From Bacillales bacterium UBA2289 (GTDB taxonomy: Bacteria; Bacillota_I; Bacilli_A; Izemoplasmatales; Hujiaoplasmataceae), in contig DDWJ01000034.1 in assembly GCA_002345505.1 (NCBI GenBank), positions 23,747 through 87,746 on the forward strand: DNA of 64,000 nt. The letters are read 5' to 3'. Within the stretch, counting starts at the first letter, position 1. Each line of letters opens with the position of its first letter. Both the position numbers and the translations under genes were made by a program. Positions 1 to 7,515 of the stretch are shown here, piece after piece. The notes under the pieces are model-generated. The model had not been told where the DNA came from and did not search any database. It saw only the letters and a program-made list of their open reading frames with translations.

Positions 1-165
1 AACAGAAAATTCGTCTATACCATCTACACCAAGTAATCTCAATACTGTTCTTTCAACACTAATAGTTGTATGTCTATCAATAAAGTTTTGAACATCATTA
101 GCAATTAAGCTTGCGTACTTACGACAAGAGTTAATTTGGTCTTGATTTAAATTTAGTTTATTCAT
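1..165 (-). CDS. kamD: Lysine 5,6-aminomutase alpha subunit, N-terminal fragment (runs off left edge)
   Basis: ATG at 165 opens a frame that runs to position 1. The translation MNKLNLNQDQINSCRKYASLIANDVQNFIDRHTTISVERTVLRLLGVDGID resembles the conserved KamD N-terminus as I recall it (..HTTVTVERAVCRLLGIDGVD..). The start overlaps the upstream stop (ATGAATAA). The gene lies directly downstream of kamA in the same operon. Confidence 0.75.
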   Translation of the reverse strand, partial: MNKLNLNQDQINSCRKYASLIANDVQNFIDRHTTISVERTVLRLLGVDGIDEFSV

Positions 166-1135
166 AAATACCACCTTCTAACACATTTAGCACATCTGTT
201 TTTAATGCATTCTTCAATTTGTTTTTAAAATCATTATTATCGAATTCATAACCTTTTGGAGAATATGGATTGTAGCAAATCAAGGCTACATTAACTGGAT
301 TAATTGTAAAAATATTGAAATTGAGTTTAAATAATTTTTCCAAATTATCATCACTAACTTGAATATTAATTGGTGTTTGAATTATTAAGTCAAAAGAATA
401 TTTACCTCTTTCAACTACTAGTTTTTCAACAAACTTATTAGATATTGTCTTAGGTAAATAAAGATATTTTGCATTTAATACCTCATCAACGAAAATATCA
501 TTAACATTTCCTATAACGGACGAAAAAGGTAATTCTTGAAAAATGTTATTTTGGCTCACATAACCTATATTATGGCCAAAACTATAAGGTAAAGCAGGCA
601 TGATTTCTAAGTTAAATTTGCGATAATGCAAATATGCATCTTTAACTACTTTATCAATGTCCTTGTCTTTATTCGCTCCTACAACGAAGATTGTCGCGTC
701 AGAAGTCCTTGCAAATGTTTGTCTTGAGAACGCCCCATCTATTATGATTTTCTCAAGCTCATATTTTTCCAAAATACTTATCAACAATTGCATATCTTTG
801 ACCCTTGAAGGACCAGCTACTAAAGCTTTGCCTTCATTTAAAATTTCAATAATAACAACTTCGCCAATTGAAGTTTTGATATTTGTTTTTTCCAAAATTC
901 TATAATCACAACTATAATTTTTCAACGTATCAATTGCTGTAGCGACGATGTAACTTTCTTTTACAAATATCCGAGGCTTCTCCATGGAAGTAATTTGATC
1001 TATTTCTTCTCCGTCTAACCCAATTGACGTAATTGCTAAACGACAAAACAACTGTTCTAAATAATGATTCATAACAGTTGTTTTTCCAGCATTTTTTGTA
1101 TTACCGACGATGCTGATTATTTTAAATTTATCCAA
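158..1135 (-). CDS. P-loop NTPase of unknown function, embedded between kamA and kamD
   Basis: 325-aa ORF with an N-terminal Walker A (IVGNTKNAGKTT) and a Walker-B-like hydrophobic strand ending in Asp (KIIIDGAFSR). It is 8 nt from the kamA stop and overlaps the kamD start by 8 nt. I recognise no named family. Confidence 0.6.
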   Translation of the reverse strand: MDKFKIISIVGNTKNAGKTTVMNHYLEQLFCRLAITSIGLDGEEIDQITSMEKPRIFVKESYIVATAIDTLKNYSCDYRILEKTNIKTSIGEVVIIEILNEGKALVAGPSRVKDMQLLISILEKYELEKIIIDGAFSRQTFARTSDATIFVVGANKDKDIDKVVKDAYLHYRKFNLEIMPALPYSFGHNIGYVSQNNIFQELPFSSVIGNVNDIFVDEVLNAKYLYLPKTISNKFVEKLVVERGKYSFDLIIQTPINIQVSDDNLEKLFKLNFNIFTINPVNVALICYNPYSPKGYEFDNNDFKNKLKNALKTDVLNVLEGGIYE

Positions 1136-1143
1136 ATAATCAA

Positions 1144-2391
1144 CTATTTTTTTAATGTTCTTTTCCTTCTTTCCAATTCTTTCGGTTCTAGAGAAATCAT
1201 TTTTCCTGCTAATAACCCGCTAACACCATTAACATTTTCATACTTTTCTTTGTTGATATAGTTTTGTGGTTCTGAATATGTAGAAATAACCCCTTCATAA
1301 TTTCTTAAAACGATTTTACCAGGAGCTTGTGAAATTACATAATTTGGCATTACTGGAATTTTACCTCCGCCTCCCGGAGCGTCCACAACGAAAGTTGGAA
1401 CACAATATCCTGAGGTATGTCCTCTCAGACCTTCAATAATTTCAATACCCTTAGAAACAGGGGTTCTAAAATGCTCTATACCTAAAGACAAATCACATTG
1501 ATAGATATAGTATGGTCTAACTCTTATATATGCTAATCTTTGAACTAGTTTTTTCATAACTTCAACTGAGTCATTAACACCTTTTAACAAAACTGATTGA
1601 TTGCCTAATGGAACTCCAGCATTTGCTAAACGATCTATCGCGGCCTTTGATTCCATGGTAATCTCATCATAATGATTAAAATGGGTATTCAACCATATTG
1701 GATGATACTTTTTCAACATATCTACGAATTCTTGAGTAATTCTTTGTGGCAAAACAACTGGAGTTCTGGTTCCTAAACGAATTATTTCTACATGTTCAAT
1801 TTCTCTTAATCTTTTGATAATGTCTTCCAAAATTTCATCACTTACTAATAAAGCGTCTCCACCAGAAAGCAATACATCTCTAATTTCTTCATTTTGTCTA
1901 ATATACTCAATTGCTAAATCTATTCTATCTTGTGGCATTTTTTGATCTTTTTGACCAGCAAATCTTCTTCTTGTACAATGTCTACAGTACATAGAACACA
2001 TATCCGTAATCAAAAACAATACTCTATCTGGATAACGATGTGTTAATCCCGGAACAGGTGAATCAGTATCTTCAGCTAATGGATCTAACATATCATTTTC
2101 CCCAACGACCATCTCATAAACGCTTGGGATGGCTTGCTTTCTAATTGGGCAATTAGGGTCATCAGTATTAATTAATGTTAAATAGTAAGGAGTTATCGCC
2201 ATTCTGAATTTTGACAAAACACTTGTAATATCATTTCGTTCTTCTTCAGTCAATTTAATATATTTATCAAGATCATCAACATTTTTAATTCTGTTTCTTA
2301 CCTGCCAACGCCAATCTTGCCAATCAGAATCTAAAACACCCGGGAAATACTTCTTCTTTCTCAATAAATATGTGTCATTAGTGACTTTCAT
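1144..2391 (-). CDS. kamA: L-lysine 2,3-aminomutase (radical SAM/PLP)
   Basis: 415 aa. Carries the radical-SAM cluster motif CSMYCRHCTRR, a PGGGGK motif and the typical KamA length. It sits among kdd, kce and kamD. Confidence 0.95.
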   Translation of the reverse strand: MKVTNDTYLLRKKKYFPGVLDSDWQDWRWQVRNRIKNVDDLDKYIKLTEEERNDITSVLSKFRMAITPYYLTLINTDDPNCPIRKQAIPSVYEMVVGENDMLDPLAEDTDSPVPGLTHRYPDRVLFLITDMCSMYCRHCTRRRFAGQKDQKMPQDRIDLAIEYIRQNEEIRDVLLSGGDALLVSDEILEDIIKRLREIEHVEIIRLGTRTPVVLPQRITQEFVDMLKKYHPIWLNTHFNHYDEITMESKAAIDRLANAGVPLGNQSVLLKGVNDSVEVMKKLVQRLAYIRVRPYYIYQCDLSLGIEHFRTPVSKGIEIIEGLRGHTSGYCVPTFVVDAPGGGGKIPVMPNYVISQAPGKIVLRNYEGVISTYSEPQNYINKEKYENVNGVSGLLAGKMISLEPKELERRKRTLKK

Positions 2392-3428
2392 TATTTATCA
2401 CTTCCGTATCTCTCTTTAAAAATCTCATATAATTCTTTTGATTCTCTTAAAAGATTCAAAGTGAATTCTGCATGATCTTTTGTATAACCATTACCTATTA
2501 TCATCAAAGCTTCAGATGCTATACCTTCTGCACCTAAAGCCGCTTTTGTGAATGATGTTGCCATAGAGAAAAAGTAAATTGTTCCTGCCGATTTTGTTGG
2601 TAAAATTGAAGTCATTTCCGTATTAGGAACATTTACAACATTAATTGTCACATCAACCATTTCTGGTAAAACGTCTTTAACTTTATTATATATTTCCATT
2701 GGTTTTGTAGCATCGCCAACGATAATGTAATCACAAACATTAAGCTTTTCTAAATCATGGCGATGTCTATCAGAATGAATCAATCCGATTACCTTACCAT
2801 TTTTACCTGCACTTTTTCTTGCTTGATAAGCACAAAGTATTCCAGATTTACCACCAGCACCTAATATTAATACTGAATCATCTTTTTTAACAAGTTTTTC
2901 TACTTGTGCTGCAGCTCCTGCTACATCTAAAGCAGAAAGAACTATATTAGCTGGCAAGTCATTAGGGATTACAGCATAAATTCCGGTTTCAAAAAGTATA
3001 GCTTGACCGATGATATTTACCTGATCTTTAGATAGATCTATACTTACGATTTTTTCTATTTTTAAAGGTGTTAGAGATAAAGAAACTAATGATGTAATTT
3101 TGTCCCCAGGCTTTAAATTAAGATGAAGATTTTTTCCTACTTCTTTTATTCTTCCTAAAAACATACCACCGCTTCCAGTAACTGGGTTTTGCATCTTACC
3201 CTTATTGTTTACGATGTTTTCAATCATTTCTTTCATTTTATCAATATCACTATTGCATGCATTTTTAATTTGTGTGAATGATGCTGAATCAATATTTAAA
3301 GTATCTACGTCTACTAATATTTCGTTGTCATAACATACCATCTCATTGTTAATTTTATCAGCTGTTTGTGGTAATGTTCCTTCTGGATAAATAACTCTAT
3401 GTGTTCCGTACTTGCATAATTCTTTCAT
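2391..3428 (-). CDS. kdd: L-erythro-3,5-diaminohexanoate dehydrogenase
   Basis: 345 aa with a Rossmann motif ILGAGGKSG. Length and position between kce and kamA match lysine-fermentation clusters. Its stop shares one nucleotide with the kamA start (TAATG). Confidence 0.8.
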   Translation of the reverse strand: MKELCKYGTHRVIYPEGTLPQTADKINNEMVCYDNEILVDVDTLNIDSASFTQIKNACNSDIDKMKEMIENIVNNKGKMQNPVTGSGGMFLGRIKEVGKNLHLNLKPGDKITSLVSLSLTPLKIEKIVSIDLSKDQVNIIGQAILFETGIYAVIPNDLPANIVLSALDVAGAAAQVEKLVKKDDSVLILGAGGKSGILCAYQARKSAGKNGKVIGLIHSDRHRHDLEKLNVCDYIIVGDATKPMEIYNKVKDVLPEMVDVTINVVNVPNTEMTSILPTKSAGTIYFFSMATSFTKAALGAEGIASEALMIIGNGYTKDHAEFTLNLLRESKELYEIFKERYGSDK

Positions 3429-3429
3429 C

Positions 3430-4257
3430 TTATTTTTCTCCCATTCCTAATATAATTCTCGCTTCTTTTGGAGTTGCGATCTCACGATTGTATTTTTTTG
3501 CGATTTGTACTACTTTTTCCACTAACTCAGCATTAGACTTTGCTAATACTCCTTTTTCTATATAAATATTATCTTCTAATCCAACTCTAACGTGTCCGCC
3601 ATGTTTAATTGAAAGTTCCGCTAATGAAAACTCATATCTTCCAATACCGGCGACACTGTATGTTGCGTCAATAGGTAAACTTTCTTTTAAGAAAATAAAA
3701 TCTCTTTCTTCACCTGTCATGCCACCATTTACTCCCAAAACAAAACTATAATGCAGGTGACCTTTAATAATACCTTTTTTTATCAATCGAATTGTTGTAT
3801 CAATATGACCTTTTTCAAAACATTCCATCTCATATCTTACATTCAATTCATTCATCTTATTAGCAAAATATATTATATCGTTTTCTGTATTTACAAAAAT
3901 TTCATCTCCGCCAAAATTTAAAGTTCCGCAATCTAAAGTTGCCATTTCCGGTTTAATATTTAAAACATCAGATCTTTCTTCTCTAGACATACCAACAGCC
4001 CCACCAGTTGAAACTTGAATGATTAACTCAGGGCATCGTTTTTTAATAGCATTATGAATTTCTTGATATCTTTCTTTATTTTGCGTTGGCTTTCCATCGT
4101 CGAATCTTGCATGCAAGTGAATAACTGAAGCTCCAGCTTTATAAGCAGCCTCAGCAGCCTCAACCATTTCTTGAACCGTATAAGGAACTGATGGATTATG
4201 CTCTTTTGTAACCTCGGCTCCTGATATTGCGCAAGTGATAATCAATTTATCCTTCAT
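3430..4257 (-). CDS. kce: 3-keto-5-aminohexanoate cleavage enzyme (BKACE/DUF849)
   Basis: [19 protein letters not shown]...VIHLHAR...[11 protein letters not shown]...[14 protein letters not shown] closely resembles the characterised Kce as I recall it. I chose the ATG at 4257 because an AAGGAG RBS lies 9 nt upstream. The ORF track extends the frame to 4293. Confidence 0.85.
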   Translation of the reverse strand: MKDKLIITCAISGAEVTKEHNPSVPYTVQEMVEAAEAAYKAGASVIHLHARFDDGKPTQNKERYQEIHNAIKKRCPELIIQVSTGGAVGMSREERSDVLNIKPEMATLDCGTLNFGGDEIFVNTENDIIYFANKMNELNVRYEMECFEKGHIDTTIRLIKKGIIKGHLHYSFVLGVNGGMTGEERDFIFLKESLPIDATYSVAGIGRYEFSLAELSIKHGGHVRVGLEDNIYIEKGVLAKSNAELVEKVVQIAKKYNREIATPKEARIILGMGEK

Positions 4258-4633
4258 ATCTTTGTAACTCCTTAGGAACAATACATGTTCCAACTGCTTT
4301 TGTAGTAAGAATTCGTTCTTCTAAAATATCACAAGCACTAGGAGAAATATCAGGTCTAGCCGCTATAATTTTATAACAATAAAATTCCATTTTTCTTGAT
4401 GTATTTCCTGCTTCAATAATTTCCGCTTCAATTTCAACAAAATCGCCAGCATAAACAGGCGCTAAAAAATCAACTGACTCATAAGCTCTAAATAAACCTT
4501 CATCACCATCTAGCCTAATCAAAAGTTCTGTAGCCGCATCACCAAATAATGCTAAAATCTTAGCTCCATCAACCAAATTGCCTCCGTAATGAGCATCTTG
4601 ATTTGACATTCTCATTTTTAAAATTGTCTTCAT
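4247..4633 (-). CDS. kal: 3-aminobutyryl-CoA ammonia-lyase-like hotdog-fold protein
   Basis: 128 aa, the small size expected of a hotdog-fold protein. It lies between the CoA-transferase genes and kce, as kal does in known lysine-fermentation clusters. Confidence 0.7.
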   Translation of the reverse strand: MKTILKMRMSNQDAHYGGNLVDGAKILALFGDAATELLIRLDGDEGLFRAYESVDFLAPVYAGDFVEIEAEIIEAGNTSRKMEFYCYKIIAARPDISPSACDILEERILTTKAVGTCIVPKELQRYEG

Positions 4634-4636
4634 ATC

Positions 4637-5278
4637 TTATACTCCTTTCATTCTCTCTACATTATTTATAATCAAATCCGCTTCTGTAGCGTTAACAACA
4701 TCTTCAATTGTGTAATCAGGATGCACTTCTAATAAATGTAATCCATCTTTTTCGACTCTCATCACAGCCATCTCAGTAACAATCATGTTTGCTTGATGAG
4801 CGGCAGTTAATGGCAATCTGCATTTTCTTAAAACTTTTGACTGTCCTTTATTTGTATGTGTTAAAGCAATTATTACTTTCTTAGCACCAGTAACCAAATC
4901 CATAGCTCCACCCATACCTGGAACCTTCTTACCCGGTATTATCCATGACGCTATTGAACCTTCTTGATCAACCTCTAAAGCTCCCAAAACAGTAACATCA
5001 ATATGTCCACCTCGAATAAAAGTAAATGATGTTATTGAATCAATAAAAGCTCCACCTATAAGTATTGTTGCTTTCATTCCTCCAGCATTAACTATATTTG
5101 TTTCTTCATCAGTCAAAGGACCTAAACCAATAATCCCATTCTCTGCTTGAAAAGTAACAAGCTTGTCTTTTGGCACATAATCAGCAACAAGCGTTGGAAT
5201 ACCTATGCCTAGATTTACTAAATCCCCATCTTTTAATTCAAGGGCTATTCTTGAAGCAATAATTTCTTTTTCATTCAT
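4637..5278 (-). CDS. atoA: 3-oxoacid/acetoacetate CoA-transferase subunit B
   Basis: Contains the catalytic-Glu motif [12 protein letters not shown] and has the typical length of about 215 aa. The ATG at 5278 overlaps the atoD stop (AATGAATGA). An alternative GTG start lies at 5287. Confidence 0.85.
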   Translation of the reverse strand: MNEKEIIASRIALELKDGDLVNLGIGIPTLVADYVPKDKLVTFQAENGIIGLGPLTDEETNIVNAGGMKATILIGGAFIDSITSFTFIRGGHIDVTVLGALEVDQEGSIASWIIPGKKVPGMGGAMDLVTGAKKVIIALTHTNKGQSKVLRKCRLPLTAAHQANMIVTEMAVMRVEKDGLHLLEVHPDYTIEDVVNATEADLIINNVERMKGV

Positions 5279-5924
5279 TGTCTTCACCTACCAATATATA
5301 ATCAACAAAAGGATATGGAGTAATAACGTTCTCAGGATCAATAACATCAACTGACTCAAACGGCTCAACAACAACCAAATCAGCTGCAGTCGCCATTACC
5401 GGATTAAAATTTCTCATTGTTTGAGAATATTTAAGATTTCCGTATTTGTCGTTAATTGCACCACCAATTAAAGCTAAATCAGCTCGCAAAGGTTCTTCCA
5501 AAAGGTATTTATTCCCCTGAACCTCAATAATTCTTTTACCCTCTTCAACAATTGTATCAAGTCCAGTAGGAGTTAAAACTCCACCTAAACCCGCTCCATA
5601 TGATCTAATTCTTTCCGCAAGCGTGCCTTGAGGAACAAGTTCAACTTCTATATGACCTTCTTGCATCAATTTGCCTACATAAGGATTTGTTCCAATATGA
5701 GAAGCAATTAATCTTTTTACTTGATTGTTGACAATTAACTTACCTACACCTTTATCTTCGTATCCACCGTCGTTACAAATGATAGTTAAGTCCTTTACTT
5801 TTGATTCAACAACATAATCAATCAGTTTTTCTGGTGTTCCATTTGTTAAAAAGCCACCTACTGATACACTCATACCATCTTTCAACAAATCAATAAATTG
5901 ATTTTTAGTTATATATCCTCTCAT
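5271..5924 (-). CDS. atoD: 3-oxoacid/acetoacetate CoA-transferase subunit A
   Basis: 217 aa with the subunit A signature SVGGF..NGTPE...LIASHIG. It is paired with the subunit B gene. Confidence 0.85.
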   Translation of the reverse strand: MRGYITKNQFIDLLKDGMSVSVGGFLTNGTPEKLIDYVVESKVKDLTIICNDGGYEDKGVGKLIVNNQVKRLIASHIGTNPYVGKLMQEGHIEVELVPQGTLAERIRSYGAGLGGVLTPTGLDTIVEEGKRIIEVQGNKYLLEEPLRADLALIGGAINDKYGNLKYSQTMRNFNPVMATAADLVVVEPFESVDVIDPENVITPYPFVDYILVGEDNE

Positions 5925-5927
5925 ATC

Positions 5928-6350
5928 TCAAACCTTTCTTGGAGGCATTATCTCCGCTTCTCCAATTATGACTACTTCTTCATTTTGATTTTTTGCTAAG
6001 CAATCAAAAGTAACTCGATTTCTTTCTAAATTGATTTCTTTAACTGTTACAATAGCTGTAATTTCATCGCCAAAATATACAGGTTTTGTAAACTTCAAAG
6101 ATTGCTTAGTATAAATGCTTCCTAAACCTGGCAGTTGAACACCGAATAGCGAACTAAATAATGATCCCACCAGCATTCCATGAACAATCTGTTGCTTAAA
6201 CATTGTTTTTTTAGCATATTCAGGGTCTACATGCGCTGGATTATGATCAGTAGAAATACGTGCGAAATCTAAAACATCAGACTCATTAAAAATTTTTCTT
6301 GTTTCAGCCATATCGCCAATTTTGATTAGATCAATTGTTAAATTATTCAT
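5928..6350 (-). CDS. MaoC-like (R)-specific enoyl-CoA hydratase/dehydratase
   Basis: 140 aa with the hotdog hydratase motif ISTDHNPAHVDPEYAKKTMFKQQIVHGML. An AGGAGG RBS lies upstream. It is the first gene after the riboswitch. Confidence 0.8.
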   Translation of the reverse strand: MNNLTIDLIKIGDMAETRKIFNESDVLDFARISTDHNPAHVDPEYAKKTMFKQQIVHGMLVGSLFSSLFGVQLPGLGSIYTKQSLKFTKPVYFGDEITAIVTVKEINLERNRVTFDCLAKNQNEEVVIIGEAEIMPPRKV

Positions 6351-6370
6351 TTTTTCCTCCTAAAAATATA

Positions 6371-6407
6371 ATAAAAAAAGCTATTATATTATAAAAATAT
6401 AACAGCT
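6371..6407 (-). terminator. Riboswitch expression-platform intrinsic terminator
   Basis: 12-bp stem AGCUGUUAUAUU/AAUAUAAUAGCU (one G-U pair), loop UUUAU, followed by a U-run. The 5' arm contains the P1 3' strand CUGU. Confidence 0.8.
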
Positions 6408-6563
6408 CTCCATTTGCATAAATGGCAGTATTTAACCTGTATGTCTAAATACCAAGATTTTGATTTATAGACTAATCAAATCTTTCGGCGAAATACTCCT
6501 TCTTAAATCTTTATCCGTCCAAAATAAAAAATTAGATTTAATACCAATATTTCGCGCCTCTGT
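6402..6563 (-). promoter_or_regulatory. Lysine riboswitch (L-box) aptamer
   Basis: On the minus strand the five-helix L-box layout can be read directly. P1: ACAG (overlapping AGAGGCGC) pairs with CUGU after GGAGAG. P2: GGCGCGAAAUA/UAUUUCGCC. P2b: UUAAAUCU/AGAUUUAA. Junction: GCCGAAAG. P3: GAUUUGAUU/AAUCAAAAUC. Then UGG. P4: UAUUUA/UAAAUA. Then CUGCC. P5: CCAUUU/AAAUGG. Confidence 0.85.
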
Positions 6564-6583
6564 GTTGATTTAGTTACACAGTC

Positions 6584-6612
6584 ATTATACTTAAAAATGT
6601 AAGCGTTGTCAA
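6584..6612 (-). promoter_or_regulatory. Consensus sigma-A promoter of the lysine-fermentation operon
   Basis: On the minus strand: TTGACA, 17 nt, TATAAT. It lies about 20 nt upstream of the L-box. Confidence 0.7.
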
Positions 6613-6676
6613 TAACAAAAAGCATCGATTCGCTCGATATATTTAAACCATAAATAGATACATATTTGTATTTTTA

Positions 6677-6685
6677 TGATATAAT
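6677..6685 (+). promoter_or_regulatory. Extended -10 promoter (TGATATAAT) for the SDR gene
   Basis: TGnTATAAT lies 26 nt upstream of the ATG at 6711. It falls inside the ORF-track N-terminal extension, which supports the 6711 start. Confidence 0.45.
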
Positions 6686-6710
6686 TTTATTAAACGTTTG
6701 GAGGATCTTT

Positions 6711-7457
6711 ATGTTAGCTGTAATTACTGGTGCATCTTCAGGTATTGGAAAAGAAATTGCCTATAGATTAGCCGAAAAAAATTATGATTTAATACTTATC
6801 GCTAGAAGAATAGGTCGATTGGAATCAATTAAAAAAGATTTATCAAAACTACCTATTAATGTCGAGATTCTAGCTTATGACATTAGTGATTTAGATAAGT
6901 GCAAACTGTTAATCAATCATTTAAAAACCAACAAGCCTGATATATTTGTAAATAACGCCGGCTATGGTATATACGGTGATTCCTTTAAGACAGACACTTC
7001 TAAAGAAATCGAAATGATTGGATTAAATATTACAACTCTTCATTTTTTAACAAAGGAGTTAATTCAATTTATGGATTCCGGAACAATTATTAACATTAGT
7101 TCTATGGCTGCATTTCTTCCTACTCCTTTATTGGCAAGTTACGCAGCAACAAAAGCTTATGTTTACTCTTATTCGCAAGCATTAAATTATGAACTCAAAA
7201 AAAGCAAAAAAGACATTCGAATAATGACTGTTTGCCCAGGGCCAGTAAAGACTGAGTTCAATCAAGTCGCTAACGCTGATCCAAAAATGAAAGGAATCAC
7301 TGTTGAGCAATGTGTAGATTCCATAATGAACGGTCTAAAAAGAAATAAAGCTTTAGTAATACCGAGTTTTAAAATGAAATTCTTAAGATTTATTATGAGG
7401 ATAGTACCTACTTCACTGATCTTAAAAGTGTCGTATCAAGTGCAAAACAAGAAATAA
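6711..7457 (+). CDS. Short-chain dehydrogenase/reductase (SDR) family oxidoreductase
   Basis: Carries the cofactor motif VITGASSGIGKE and the catalytic YAATKAYV (YxxxK). A GGAGG RBS precedes the ATG at 6711. Confidence 0.85.
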   Translation: MLAVITGASSGIGKEIAYRLAEKNYDLILIARRIGRLESIKKDLSKLPINVEILAYDISDLDKCKLLINHLKTNKPDIFVNNAGYGIYGDSFKTDTSKEIEMIGLNITTLHFLTKELIQFMDSGTIINISSMAAFLPTPLLASYAATKAYVYSYSQALNYELKKSKKDIRIMTVCPGPVKTEFNQVANADPKMKGITVEQCVDSIMNGLKRNKALVIPSFKMKFLRFIMRIVPTSLILKVSYQVQNKK

Positions 7458-7515
7458 AGAAACTTCATATATCCCCTGCGAGTTTATAACTCGCTAAAAG
7501 CACGTGGAGGTAAAA

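Noticed and set aside
6560-6581. Possible 5' hairpin CUGUGU/ACACAG that would sequester the riboswitch P1 5' strand.
   Set aside because: The upstream arm (6576-6581) lies between the -10 hexamer and the expected transcription start (about 6577). Most of it is probably not transcribed. It would be worth revisiting only if 5'-end mapping shows an upstream start.
6666-6710. N-terminal extensions suggested by the ORF track: SDR at 6666, kce at 4293, mfd at 7504, gyrA at 14283, ZIP at 17837, toroid at 18813, hprK at 26159, tsaB at 40312, GT2 at 51761.
   Set aside because: In each case an internal ATG preceded by a GGAGG/AAGGAG-type RBS gives an N-terminus matching the conserved family start. Several of the extensions also run through promoters or upstream genes.
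7478-7494. Hairpin GCGAGTT-TAT-AACTCGC between the SDR gene and mfd, considered as a terminator or attenuator.
   Set aside because: No U-tract follows it, and it is only a 7-bp stem. It is probably a weak or non-functional structure, so I do not list it as a terminator.
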